From: Patescibacteria group bacterium UBA1396
Lineage (GTDB): Bacteria; Patescibacteriota; Microgenomatia; UBA1400; UBA1396
DNA length: 40,764 nucleotides
NCBI GenBank assembly: GCA_002305195.1
Contig: DBQK01000009.1
Location: forward strand, 18,811 to 59,574
Direction: 5' to 3'
This document shows positions 27,453-36,782 of this stretch, piece after piece. The notes below the pieces were generated by a model. It was not told the DNA's origin. It did not search any database and worked only from the letters and a program-made list of their open reading frames with translations. Each line of letters opens with the position of its first letter. Position 1 is the first letter of the stretch. A program made the position numbers and the translations under genes.

Positions 27453-28943
27453 ATGACTAAGACCGACAGCCCTCAACCTCTAGCCAACAAGACATCAACT
27501 ACTAATTCTCAACAACCTGGCAAGAAGCAAATTCGCAAAAAAAGTGAGAATATGTCGGAGTGGTATACCGATGTAATTCTAAAAGCCAAGATTGCTGATT
27601 ATTCACCTGTGCGTGGTTCAATGGTTTTGCGCCCTTATGGCTTTGCGATTTGGGAGAGAATTAGGGAAGAACTTGACAAGAAACTGGCTCAGTTAGGTTG
27701 TCAGAATTCCTATTTTCCGCTATTTATCCCAATGAGCTTGTTAGAAAAGGAAAAGTCTCATGTTGAAGGTTTTTCCCCAGAATTAGCGGTAGTTACTCAC
27801 GGTGGTGGTCAGGAATTAGAAGAACCGCTTGTGGTGCGACCAACTTCCGAAACTATTATGTACGAAATGTATAGCCGTTGGATTCATTCCTATCGCGACC
27901 TACCTTTGTGTTTAAACCAGTGGAATAACGTGGTTCGCTGGGAAAAGCGAACTCAGTTTTTCCTGCGCTCGATGGAGTTTTTGTGGCAGGAAGCGCACAC
28001 AGTTCACGAATCACACCAAGAAGCTCAGCAAATGGTTTTGTCAGCTCTAGATGCTTACGCCGAGATTGCCCAAGATTTGCTGGCGATACCGGTCTTGAAA
28101 GGTGTTAAAAGCGAGTCTGAAAAATTTGCTGGGGCATTCCAAACCGTTACCATTGAGGCTCTAATGCCCGATGGTAAAGCGCTGCAAAGCGGTACCAGTC
28201 ATGATTTAGGCCAAAACTTTAGCCGAGCTTTCAATATTGTTTTCCAGGATCAGCAAGGTGAGAATCAATTTGCTTGGCAGACAAGCTTTGGTTTGTCGAC
28301 TCGGATTATGGGTGGTTTGATTATGACTCATGGTGATGATCAAGGTTTAGTTTTCCCCCCACAAGTGGCACCGATTCAAGTTAGTTTGTTGCCGGTTCGC
28401 ACCGACGATTATCGACTGGTTGAATACTGCAAACTACTCAAATCAAGATTAGAAAAAAAAGGCGTTCGTTGTGAGGTTGATGATCGGGAAAAATTATCGT
28501 TTGGCTATCGACTAAATGACGCCGAACTAAGAGGCATTCCTTTGCGAGTGGAGATCGGTCCTAAAGAGCTCAATGCCGCAGAGATCCAAATTGCGGTTAG
28601 ACATCTGCACGAAAAACGCAAATTAGCGGTAGCCACCTTTGAAGAAGGAGTGGAGAAACTTCTGGCTTGGATTCAGCAGGATATGTTTACCAAGGCCAAG
28701 GAGCGAGTGAAGAGCATGACCTATGAAGTTGATAACTTCGAGGATTTTAAGCGAATTATGAAGGAAAATCGGGGTTTAATTAAAGCCTATTGGGATGAAA
28801 CTCCCGAAACAGAAGCTAAAATTAAAGAAATAACCAAAGCCACTACACGCTGTGTTTTACTAGATGAGCCCGAATCAGAAGGATTGTGTGTTTATTCTGG
28901 GCAACCAGCTAAGCGACGTTGGTATTTTGCCCAGGCTTATTAA
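27453..28943 (+). CDS. proS: prolyl-tRNA synthetase, archaeal/eukaryotic type
   Basis: HVEGFSPE, RPTSET, VRWE, EFLWQEAHT, QSGTSHDLGQNF; ends in AY. Confidence 0.97.
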   Translation: MTKTDSPQPLANKTSTTNSQQPGKKQIRKKSENMSEWYTDVILKAKIADYSPVRGSMVLRPYGFAIWERIREELDKKLAQLGCQNSYFPLFIPMSLLEKEKSHVEGFSPELAVVTHGGGQELEEPLVVRPTSETIMYEMYSRWIHSYRDLPLCLNQWNNVVRWEKRTQFFLRSMEFLWQEAHTVHESHQEAQQMVLSALDAYAEIAQDLLAIPVLKGVKSESEKFAGAFQTVTIEALMPDGKALQSGTSHDLGQNFSRAFNIVFQDQQGENQFAWQTSFGLSTRIMGGLIMTHGDDQGLVFPPQVAPIQVSLLPVRTDDYRLVEYCKLLKSRLEKKGVRCEVDDREKLSFGYRLNDAELRGIPLRVEIGPKELNAAEIQIAVRHLHEKRKLAVATFEEGVEKLLAWIQQDMFTKAKERVKSMTYEVDNFEDFKRIMKENRGLIKAYWDETPETEAKIKEITKATTRCVLLDEPESEGLCVYSGQPAKRRWYFAQAY

Positions 28944-29045
28944 ATCCTATAATAGTTATTTTTCTCCAGACATAAAGTAAATATACGCTGCTGGTTAAAG
29001 CTAATTTTAGGTGGAATTTAAGACAAACTTTGCTACACTAATTAT

Positions 29046-29112
29046 TAGTAGCTTCCGGTTAAGAAGCAAGAAGCACCACTCGCAAGAGTCGGTCGCTTCT
29101 TGTTTGTTTTTT
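29046..29112 (+). ncRNA. candidate small structured RNA or terminator hairpin
   Basis: TGCTACACT at 29031-29039; stem CAAGAAGC-ACC-ACTC-GCAA-GAGT-C-GGT-C-GCTTCTTG followed by a T-run. Confidence 0.4.
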
Positions 29113-29199
29113 TCTTAATTTTTGTTTTAAGTAAATGTTGATTTTTCCTAAATGTAGATTAAAGGTTTAAGTTCTAATTAATAGGGTAAGATAAAACCT

Positions 29200-30105
29200 A
29201 TGACAAATGATAATTCTCAAACAAGTCAAGTTGAAACAGTCAGATCGGTAATTGTAACGCACCAGAAACCTGATTTAGATGCCGTAACATCGGTTTGGTT
29301 GTTAAAACGCTTTTTAACTAGCAAGTGGGGAACGGCTATAGTGGAGTTTGTGCCAAGTGGCAGCCGATTAGATTCTACTAGACAGGCAGAGCTAGGGGTG
29401 CCAGATGACCAAATAATTCATGTTGATACCGGATTAGGTGAGTTTGATCACCATCAAGAAGATAGAGGTAGTGAAAGGGTTTGCGCAACTAGTTTGGTTT
29501 TTGATCATTTGACTACTTTTCAAGTTGATAAAAAAAAGAATCAGGCCCTGCTTTATTTAGTTGAGTACGTAACACAGATTGATCATTTTGAAGATTGCTA
29601 TTGGCCAGAGGCGGCTAATTTGCGTTATCAGTTATCGATTCATAATTTACTTGAAGGCGCTGTGCAGACTGGTCTCTACGATGATGATCGTTTGGTACAG
29701 TTTGGTTTTGAATTGTTAGATGCCGCTTATGCCAAATTGAGATCGGAAGTCAAAGCCGATGAAATTATTCAGAAAAAAGGCCAGCATTTTAAGTTGGGGA
29801 AATATAACTGCTTGGCGATCGCTAGCAGTAGCAAAGACGTTGAAAAACGGGCGCAAAAATTAGGTACAGACTTGGTCATTAGAAAAGATGTGGCCAGTGG
29901 TCACGTTCGAATCAAGGCAACACCTCGATCCAATATTGATTTAACGCCGGTTTATGAAGAAATTTTAGAAAAAGACTCCATAGGAAACTGGTTTTTACAT
30001 GCTTCGAAACGAATGTTACTTAATGGTTCTCCCAAGTCAAATCAGGCTCCCACGCCGTTAAGTTTAGTAGAAGTTGTTAAACTAGTGAAATTAGTCTTAG
30101 CCTGA
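29200..30105 (+). CDS. DHH/MYG1-like phosphoesterase
   Basis: THQKPDLDA, VDTG..EFDHHQ and CAT motifs. Confidence 0.75.
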   Translation: MTNDNSQTSQVETVRSVIVTHQKPDLDAVTSVWLLKRFLTSKWGTAIVEFVPSGSRLDSTRQAELGVPDDQIIHVDTGLGEFDHHQEDRGSERVCATSLVFDHLTTFQVDKKKNQALLYLVEYVTQIDHFEDCYWPEAANLRYQLSIHNLLEGAVQTGLYDDDRLVQFGFELLDAAYAKLRSEVKADEIIQKKGQHFKLGKYNCLAIASSSKDVEKRAQKLGTDLVIRKDVASGHVRIKATPRSNIDLTPVYEEILEKDSIGNWFLHASKRMLLNGSPKSNQAPTPLSLVEVVKLVKLVLA

Positions 30106-30119
30106 TATAATACCTGCCT

Positions 30120-30329
30120 ATGCCAATTATCGTTAAAGCCAAAAAAGGAGATGACAACTCCGGATTAATCAGAAAATTTAAAAAATTCTTGCAGTTTGAC
30201 GATGTGGTAACTATGGTCCGCGATCGCCGCTACCATAAGCCGCCATCTGTAAAACGCAAGGAGAGGCAGACCGAAATTAAAAAGAGTCTGCGCCGCGAGC
30301 GGTCGATTCAGCGCCGCAATCGCGTTTAA
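30120..30329 (+). CDS. rpsU: 30S ribosomal protein bS21
   Basis: LIRKFKK...RRYHKPPSVKRK. Confidence 0.88.
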   Translation: MPIIVKAKKGDDNSGLIRKFKKFLQFDDVVTMVRDRRYHKPPSVKRKERQTEIKKSLRRERSIQRRNRV

Positions 30330-30341
30330 TACAATTGGTCA

Positions 30342-30740
30342 ATGATCGAAGTTATCTTTTTTAATGAGTCTGGTTATGAGGTTAATTTTGCCGCTTTAGA
30401 GAGGGTAGTGGCGCGGGTTTTTTTGGTAAAAGGGATTACCGTAGCTAGAGTGGGTGTTCATTTAGTTGATATCGAAACAATGACTTATTTAAATGAAAAT
30501 TATAAACATCATCAAGGCGCTACCGATGTACTAAGTTTTGTGATGCACGATCCTCAGCAACCCACACCAACTTTTTTAGAGTCGGACGATGCAAGGCTTC
30601 AATATGGCGATGTATTTTTATGTTATCCGGTTATAGTTGATGAAGTTGACTCCGAGGATAAGGACGAAACTGTCCAGTCTAGATTAGAATTTTTGTTGGA
30701 ACACGGTTGTTGGCATTTATTGGGCGTGCACCACGATTAG
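30342..30740 (+). CDS. ybeY: rRNA maturation endoribonuclease YbeY
   Basis: LNENYK..GATDVLSF, GDVFL, HGCWHLLGVHH. Confidence 0.93.
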   Translation: MIEVIFFNESGYEVNFAALERVVARVFLVKGITVARVGVHLVDIETMTYLNENYKHHQGATDVLSFVMHDPQQPTPTFLESDDARLQYGDVFLCYPVIVDEVDSEDKDETVQSRLEFLLEHGCWHLLGVHHD

Positions 30741-30795
30741 TTTGCTGGTGAGTTTGTAGCTTAAACTTTTACGCAGTTATTTTTTATTTGGAAAA

Positions 30796-31707
30796 TTAGT
30801 TTTCTAACTGATTCTTTTCCCAGTCTTTTAACGATTCGATAACATCATCTAGATCACCTTGTAAGCGGCGATCAAGATCGTGCCAAGATTTGGGAAGGCG
30901 GTGATCGGTCAATCTGTTTTGTGGAAAATTATAGGTGCGGATTTTTTCGGCGCGCTGCGCGCGGCCGATGGCCGCGCGCGCGTCGCCTAGCTTTGCTAGC
31001 CTTTTCTCTTCCTGCTGTTCCCAAAGCTTAGCTCTTAGTAATTGCAGGGCAATTGTTCGATTCTGTTCCTGGCGTCGTTCGCGGCTGGCGGTCACAACAA
31101 TGCCAGTTGGCAGATGAGTTAGCCTTACGGCGGTACTCAGCTTATTAACGTTTTGCCCTCCGTGACCGCCAGCCCTAAAAAATTGCCACTCAATTTCATC
31201 ATTGTTGATCTCTACTTCAGTTTCCGGAATTTCCGGAATACAGGCTACTGACGCCGTTGAGGTGTGAATTCTACCGCTTGACTCGGTCTCTGGTACTCGC
31301 TGCACTCGGTGGACACCTGATTCGAAACGAAAAGTATCATAAGCAGATTTGCCTTTGATTTTGATTACATCTGAATCAATTGGCTCTACGGTAAAACCCT
31401 TTAACAAAGCGTATTTGGTATACATCGTCAACAAATCACCCATCCAGATTTTCGATTCTTCGCCGCCAGGGCCAGGTCTTAATTCCAAGACACAGTTTTT
31501 AAACTTTCTAACTTGGGAAACTGATATATTTTCCAGATTATTTATGGTGTCGGCAACTGCCGAGATTTCTTGTTCCAGCACCTTCAACTCTTCTTGAGCT
31601 AAAGATTTTAGTTCAGGGTCGCCAGCCGCCAGTTTTTCCAGTTCCGACTTTTTTTGGTTTAGAGATTCTAAATGCTGATGAAGGTAGGTAGTTGAATCAT
31701 TGGTCAT
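30796..31707 (-). CDS. prfA: peptide chain release factor 1
   Basis: ESGVHRVQRVPETE (PxT), GGQNVNK, IRTYNFPQNRLTDHR. Confidence 0.96.
   Translation of the reverse strand: MTNDSTTYLHQHLESLNQKKSELEKLAAGDPELKSLAQEELKVLEQEISAVADTINNLENISVSQVRKFKNCVLELRPGPGGEESKIWMGDLLTMYTKYALLKGFTVEPIDSDVIKIKGKSAYDTFRFESGVHRVQRVPETESSGRIHTSTASVACIPEIPETEVEINNDEIEWQFFRAGGHGGQNVNKLSTAVRLTHLPTGIVVTASRERRQEQNRTIALQLLRAKLWEQQEEKRLAKLGDARAAIGRAQRAEKIRTYNFPQNRLTDHRLPKSWHDLDRRLQGDLDDVIESLKDWEKNQLEN
30957..30979. repeat. perfect intragenic GC inverted repeat, 10-bp arms, 3-nt loop
   Basis: GCGCGCGGCC-GAT-GGCCGCGCGC within a GC patch of about 40 nt. Confidence 0.9.
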
Positions 31708-31857
31708 AGGACTATTTTAAACCTTATTGATAATTTAACTGATGAAGTTGGTATTTATTTGATATAAAACCATAAACGCGACAGACAGCAGCAAATTACC
31801 GGCAAGTAAACTTGAGACATTAACGGTTGCTAGAACAAGTAAACTGCTATCTTTTAG

Positions 31858-32187
31858 CTAAGCAACGCTTTTGCGTTCTTTTTGCAAAATATCTTTAAAT
31901 GATTGAATTGTAGCTTGATCGTCAGTGCCTTGAGATTGGACTTTTTTCTGTTGTCTTTGTTTACGACCACCTCGGCCAACCTTTTTAGCTGCCTGTTGTT
32001 TTTGGCGGAAACGATCAACTCGGCCCTGACGGTCAACAAACTTCATTTCACCAGTGAAAAAAGGGTGGCAAGCGCTACAAAGATCGACCTGAATGTTATC
32101 AACTGTCGAGCCAGTAACAAACTTGTTACCACAAACACAAGTCACTGTGACTTGATTGTGCCAAGCAGGATGAATGTTTTTCTGCAT
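31858..32187 (-). CDS. rpmE: 50S ribosomal protein bL31 (zinc-binding type)
   Basis: MQKNIHP, CVCG, CSACHPFFTG, GRVDRF; ATG at 32187. Confidence 0.95.
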   Translation of the reverse strand: MQKNIHPAWHNQVTVTCVCGNKFVTGSTVDNIQVDLCSACHPFFTGEMKFVDRQGRVDRFRQKQQAAKKVGRGGRKQRQQKKVQSQGTDDQATIQSFKDILQKERKSVA

Positions 32188-32234
32188 AAGAGCCTGAATT
32201 ATATCACGGGTTGCTAACATCATTAACCAAGTTT

Positions 32235-32921
32235 TTATTCAGCGACTTCAACTAACAATCTAACCCGCTTAATGTATCTTTCATCATTATTATCTAAATC
32301 AGTAATTATTAAGGCTGCTTGATCTTCCTCAAGATTAGTAACAGCGATTTTTTGGCCGTTAGCATCTTCAAAAACAGTTTGCCTAGTAAAGCTCCAAGTC
32401 ATACTTTGCTGAGTTTGTCTGTCTTGAAGAGTGATCTCGCTGGTTGTAATTGACACCAAACTGCCAAGTTTGATTTCGCGGTTCTCGGTGAAGTTATCGG
32501 TTCTAGCCAAGACACGTTTGGCTGCAATCACCAACTCGTCAACTGGCTGACCCATAACGGTTACTCCTGAACCAATGATTAAATCAGTTAAAGAAATATC
32601 TTTATCGGCAGAGAGCAGAGCAGTATCGCCGCTAATCTGAATTGTTTTTTCTTCACCCTGAGGCGTCATTAGGCCAAAGGTGGCTGTGCTGATTTGTGTG
32701 ATTTCACCGATATAACCATAATAAGATCTCTCGGTGGTATTATTATTTTCCTTAATTGTTTCCTCAATTCTTTCTTTTATTGCTTGTCTCAGCTCAGCGG
32801 AAGTTGAAGTCTCAGGACTATTTGTTTGCGCTAAAGCGGATAAGGGTAAAAGCCAGGACAAACCAACCATCATGATTGAGACAGCTAGAGCAAGCGCTGG
32901 TAAGAATTGCTGATGTTTCAT
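32235..32921 (-). CDS. exported hypothetical protein with two OB-like (DUF5666-like) repeats
   Basis: Signal peptide (ALA-Q); two similar beta-rich units (G.I..IS...T...I.L.DL..G..V.V.G). Confidence 0.65.
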   Translation of the reverse strand: MKHQQFLPALALAVSIMMVGLSWLLPLSALAQTNSPETSTSAELRQAIKERIEETIKENNNTTERSYYGYIGEITQISTATFGLMTPQGEEKTIQISGDTALLSADKDISLTDLIIGSGVTVMGQPVDELVIAAKRVLARTDNFTENREIKLGSLVSITTSEITLQDRQTQQSMTWSFTRQTVFEDANGQKIAVTNLEEDQAALIITDLDNNDERYIKRVRLLVEVAE

Positions 32922-33385
32922 TCTTCAGTTTCTCCTTCTTCTGTGGCTGGCGGCGCATCAAGATCGACAGTGGAGTAAACTAAGCTTAAAATAACTGACT
33001 CCTGGTTGCCATCGGGTGAAGTAGCTACCACTGTAACCCGATTACCACCTAAGGCTAGATCAATATCAACGGCAAAATCACCATCCAAATCAGCCGAGGT
33101 AATGTACTCGTTACTATCAGCCAGAACTACAATCATACTGTCAGGTAATGCCCGGCCAACTACCTTAATGGTTTTTTCAGCCGTTAATAAATTGTTTTTT
33201 GGCTGCTGGACAACGAGATTAGTTTTTAGAGAAGGGGTGGGGGTAGGATTTTGTTGTCGGCTAGACTCAATTTCCTCAGCTGTTCGGTTGGGCAATAATC
33301 TTTCCCGAGCATAGAACAGACCAAAGGTAATACCAAGGCCAACAATAATGCCAATCACAATGGCTAGAGCAATTTCTTTTCGCAT
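32918..33385 (-). CDS. membrane-anchored protein with Ig-like domain
   Basis: N-terminal TM, PTPTP linker, ADLDGDF...DL.LGGN.V.V.A. Confidence 0.65.
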   Translation of the reverse strand: MRKEIALAIVIGIIVGLGITFGLFYARERLLPNRTAEEIESSRQQNPTPTPSLKTNLVVQQPKNNLLTAEKTIKVVGRALPDSMIVVLADSNEYITSADLDGDFAVDIDLALGGNRVTVVATSPDGNQESVILSLVYSTVDLDAPPATEEGETEE

Positions 33386-33474
33386 AATGGCTGTGTAGTC
33401 TGCATTGTACAACAGATTTATGGTAATCTACGCCCAGATGGCCTTAACCAACTTAAGAAGAGAGAAGGAGAGAT

Positions 33475-34140
33475 ATGGATATTCAATACGTTGGACACTC
33501 TTGTTTTAGATTGCGCGGCAAAGAAGGTTTGGTGATTACCGATCCCTTTGCTAGTTCGGTTGGCTTTAGTTGCCCCAAATTAAGTGCCGATGTGATTACG
33601 GTTTCTCATGATCACCAGGATCACAATCAGATTCAGTTAATTCGAGCGACCAGCAATCGTAATCGACCGTTTGTGGTGCGTCAGCCAGGAGAATATGAAA
33701 TTCAAAACATTAGTGTTTATGGCTATCCCAGTTACCACGATGATCAGCAAGGAAAAATTCGAGGCAAGAACGTAATGTTTTCCATTTTTTTAGATGGAGT
33801 TCACGTACTGCATTTAGGAGACTTAGGTCATATTCTTGATCAAAAAACGGTTGAGGATATTCCTGACATCGATGTTTTGCTGATACCGGTTGGCGGCGTT
33901 TACACGATTGACCCACAACAGGCACTCGAACTGATCAGCTTGCTTGAACCATCCTATGTGGTGCCGATGCATTTTCGAACCAACAAACATAGTTCTGAGT
34001 TTGCCGAGCTAGCTACGGTTGATGACTTTATTAAAAAATCAGGTAAACAACCAAGAATTACCGATAAATTAACTTTATCCGGTCCCAAAACTAGCGATGA
34101 CGCCGAAACTCAAATTGTGGTTTTGGAGGCCAGAGAATAG
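33475..34140 (+). CDS. metallo-beta-lactamase-fold hydrolase
   Basis: GHSCF, TDPF, SHDHQDHN, HLGDLGH, PVGG, PMHF. Confidence 0.92.
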   Translation: MDIQYVGHSCFRLRGKEGLVITDPFASSVGFSCPKLSADVITVSHDHQDHNQIQLIRATSNRNRPFVVRQPGEYEIQNISVYGYPSYHDDQQGKIRGKNVMFSIFLDGVHVLHLGDLGHILDQKTVEDIPDIDVLLIPVGGVYTIDPQQALELISLLEPSYVVPMHFRTNKHSSEFAELATVDDFIKKSGKQPRITDKLTLSGPKTSDDAETQIVVLEARE

Positions 34141-34162
34141 AGATTAGACTCGAATTATTAAA

Positions 34163-35476
34163 ATGGCGCAGGCAGGCAGGATACCACCACACAATATTGA
34201 AGCCGAGGAAAGTGTTCTTGGATCGATTTTACTGGATAAAGATGCAATTGTTCAGGTAGCCGATATTCTCAGGCCAGAACATTTTTACGTTCCGGCTCAC
34301 CGAGATATTTTTGAATCAGATCTACTGCTTTATGAAAATCGAGAACCAATCGATATTTTAACGCTCAGTAATGCTCTCAAGAAAAAAAAGGTTTTAACCA
34401 AAGTTGGTGGGGCGGCATATTTAACTGATTTGGCAAGTAAAGTACCAACCTCGGCCAATGTCAGACACTACGCTAACTTAGTTAAGGATGCCTTTACCAA
34501 GCGCGAGATTATCTCGATGGGCGCGGTACTAACCGAGCAAGCGTTTGACCCTGGGTATGAAGCTCAGCCGCTTCTAGAAACAGCTGAACAGCGAATTTTT
34601 CAATTATCGCGCCATCACGTTGCGCCTAACTTTATTCCAATGAAAAATGTGTTGGTTGAAAGCTTTGACCGGCTTGAGGAATTACATAAGAACCAGTCCG
34701 GAATTCGAGGTGTTCCAACTGGCTTTTCTGACCTAGATAATATGCTCAGTGGTTTGCAGAAATCTAACCTGATTATTTTAGCTGCTAGACCTGGAACCGG
34801 AAAAACAGCGCTGGCTTTAAATATTGCCCATAACGCGACGGTTTTATTTCACAAGAAAGTTGGTTTCTTTTCACTGGAAATGAGCAAGGAAGAGTTGGTG
34901 GATCGTTTGTTGGTTTCACAGGCTGATATTGATGCTTGGCGATTAAAAACCGGTCGACTAGGAGAAGAGGAGTTTTCGCGTTTGTCGCACGCTATGGGCG
35001 TTCTGGCCGAGGCTCAGTTATTTATCGACGATACACCAGGAATTAGTATGATTGAGCTGCGAACCAAGGCTCGCCGCTTAATGATGGAGCACGAGATAGA
35101 TCTGTTTATTGTGGATTATTTACAGCTAGTGCACGGTACTAACAAGGAAAATCGGGTTCAGGAAGTGGGTGAGATCTCCCAAGGGTTGAAGAATTTAGCT
35201 AGAGAACTAAAGGTACCGGTTTTAGCTTTGGCCCAATTATCCAGAGCTGTCGAGGCCAGAGGAACTAAAGAACCACAACTTTCGGATTTACGAGAGTCAG
35301 GCTCAATCGAGCAAGACTCAGATGTGGTTACCTTCTTGTATCGACCAGATGATGATCTGCGGGAGCAAGTCAAAATGAAGATTGCCAAGCATCGTAATGG
35401 CAGCATTGGGCAGTTAGATCTTTACTTCCGTGGCGATAGAATTAAGTTTTACGGAATGGAAAAGGTTTCGGCTTAG
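34163..35476 (+). CDS. dnaB: replicative DNA helicase
   Basis: PPHNIEAE, AARPGTGKT, FSLEM, VDYLQL, LSDLRESGSIEQD, KHRNG. Confidence 0.98.
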   Translation: MAQAGRIPPHNIEAEESVLGSILLDKDAIVQVADILRPEHFYVPAHRDIFESDLLLYENREPIDILTLSNALKKKKVLTKVGGAAYLTDLASKVPTSANVRHYANLVKDAFTKREIISMGAVLTEQAFDPGYEAQPLLETAEQRIFQLSRHHVAPNFIPMKNVLVESFDRLEELHKNQSGIRGVPTGFSDLDNMLSGLQKSNLIILAARPGTGKTALALNIAHNATVLFHKKVGFFSLEMSKEELVDRLLVSQADIDAWRLKTGRLGEEEFSRLSHAMGVLAEAQLFIDDTPGISMIELRTKARRLMMEHEIDLFIVDYLQLVHGTNKENRVQEVGEISQGLKNLARELKVPVLALAQLSRAVEARGTKEPQLSDLRESGSIEQDSDVVTFLYRPDDDLREQVKMKIAKHRNGSIGQLDLYFRGDRIKFYGMEKVSA

Positions 35477-35569
35477 TTTTCATTTCAGGGTTGTTTGGTC
35501 AACCCAGTTTACTCACTAATTTAAGAATTCAAACTATTTTCAATGTGCGTCCAATTACTGAAGTCACTT

Positions 35570-35803
35570 TTACGCCAAGAGCGGCACAAAACCAAATAGC
35601 AAATATACCAGGCCACTGGCCAAAATTAGAAACAAGATTAAGAAGCCAAGATTGGATTTTAAATCGGCTGTATTTTGTCGACCGGAGCCGTCAGTGCTGG
35701 CAATGATAATCAAAGCCACCACAAACCAGATTAAAGCTCGTAACAAAATAGCACCAAAACTATTAGCAGTTAAGAATTCGCGAATTAAATCGATATTGGG
35801 CAT
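35570..35803 (-). CDS. small two-TM membrane protein
   Basis: 77 aa with two hydrophobic segments; TATGAT 7 nt upstream of ATG. Confidence 0.65.
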   Translation of the reverse strand: MPNIDLIREFLTANSFGAILLRALIWFVVALIIIASTDGSGRQNTADLKSNLGFLILFLILASGLVYLLFGFVPLLA

Positions 35804-35873
35804 TAACTAGATCATAGCTGACTTTTCGCTGGCTGCAAAGAATTAAAGGCGATGTTACAATCTGCCCAGAGTA

Positions 35874-35959
35874 GCCACGGTGGCGGAACTGGTAGACGCG
35901 CGGGTCTCAAAAACCCGTTCCTTTTAAAGGGAGTGAGAGTTCGATTCTCTCCCGTGGCA
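35874..35959 (+). tRNA. tRNA-Leu(CAA)
   Basis: Acceptor GCCACGG/CCGTGGC, D-loop GGTAGAC, anticodon arm CGGGT-CTCAAAA-ACCCG, long variable arm, GTTCGATTC; CCA not encoded. Confidence 0.97.
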
Positions 35960-36037
35960 CAAGTAAATAATTTTGAACACCTTTTGGGTAGGATAAGTTT
36001 TTGTTGTATATTTAACTTAATCATTAAAATATAAAGG

Positions 36038-36301
36038 GTGATTATGGCTAGTATCGATACTCGTACGCCTGTTTTTTCAATGATCGCAAAACTGCAGGAA
36101 TCTAAAAGTGATTGGACGCCTGAGGCTATGAAGATAGTTGCTGAGGAAATAAGTCGGCTAATTGCAGAAAATCGGACTGAGGAAGTTCATGTTTACAGAA
36201 ACATCTTAAGGCATGAACGTGAAATGGGTAGGCTAAGCAAGGATGAGCATGAATCAATGTTTTTTGGAACAGTACAGACCTCAAAGATTGTTTCTAAATA
36301 A
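36038..36301 (+). CDS. hypothetical protein
   Basis: 87 aa ORF downstream of the tRNA; TAAAAT 7 nt before GTG. Confidence 0.55.
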   Translation: MIMASIDTRTPVFSMIAKLQESKSDWTPEAMKIVAEEISRLIAENRTEEVHVYRNILRHEREMGRLSKDEHESMFFGTVQTSKIVSK

Positions 36302-36314
36302 ATTTAATCAACCT

Positions 36315-36758
36315 TCATTTCATATACCAAATTATCCACCACAAAACTATCTGTGGTGTTAAGCCTAATAAAATATTAGGGGTTGAGTGATGAAAGAGAG
36401 CGTGAAAGTCATTAATTGGTTTAATAAAACCTGGTTCCCACTTTAAAAAATTTCTTGGTGCTTCCAAAAAATCTGGCAAAATACCGACCACGGCGCCGAT
36501 CCAAGCCCAGATTTGCCAGTTATCTTTACCAGTTTGGAAAAATAGATAAACAAGACCTATAGTGATTGCTAACTCGCCAAGCTCCAAAATAATAGCGGTA
36601 CTTCTTTTTCTGGTACCGGCCGATAGACCAGTACCAACATCCCAATGTGGCATCCAATCTTCAAGATAATGGCTGGCTAGAATAGTTGGTAGGGCAATGG
36701 CTGGGTGCAGAGTTGCGGCTAAGTAAGCACCGGTTAAAGAATGAGAAATCGATAACAC
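36315..36758 (-). CDS. membrane protein, possible metal-dependent hydrolase (YdjM-like)
   Basis: H.LTG, SHYLED..PH, LPD and terminal H..FHH in a hydrophobic protein. Confidence 0.65.
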   Translation of the reverse strand: MLSISHSLTGAYLAATLHPAIALPTILASHYLEDWMPHWDVGTGLSAGTRKRSTAIILELGELAITIGLVYLFFQTGKDNWQIWAWIGAVVGILPDFLEAPRNFLKWEPGFIKPINDFHALFHHSTPNILLGLTPQIVLWWIIWYMK

Positions 36759-36782
36759 AATAAAGGTATACTACCACTAAGT

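Noticed and set aside
29046-29112. Hairpin read as SRP RNA or a known riboswitch
   Set aside because: It lacks the SRP domain IV CAGG/AGCA internal loop, and I recognise no riboswitch consensus.
35812-36034. ORFs 35812-36024 (-) and 35852-36034 (+)
   Set aside because: They overlap the tRNA-Leu gene and are spurious.
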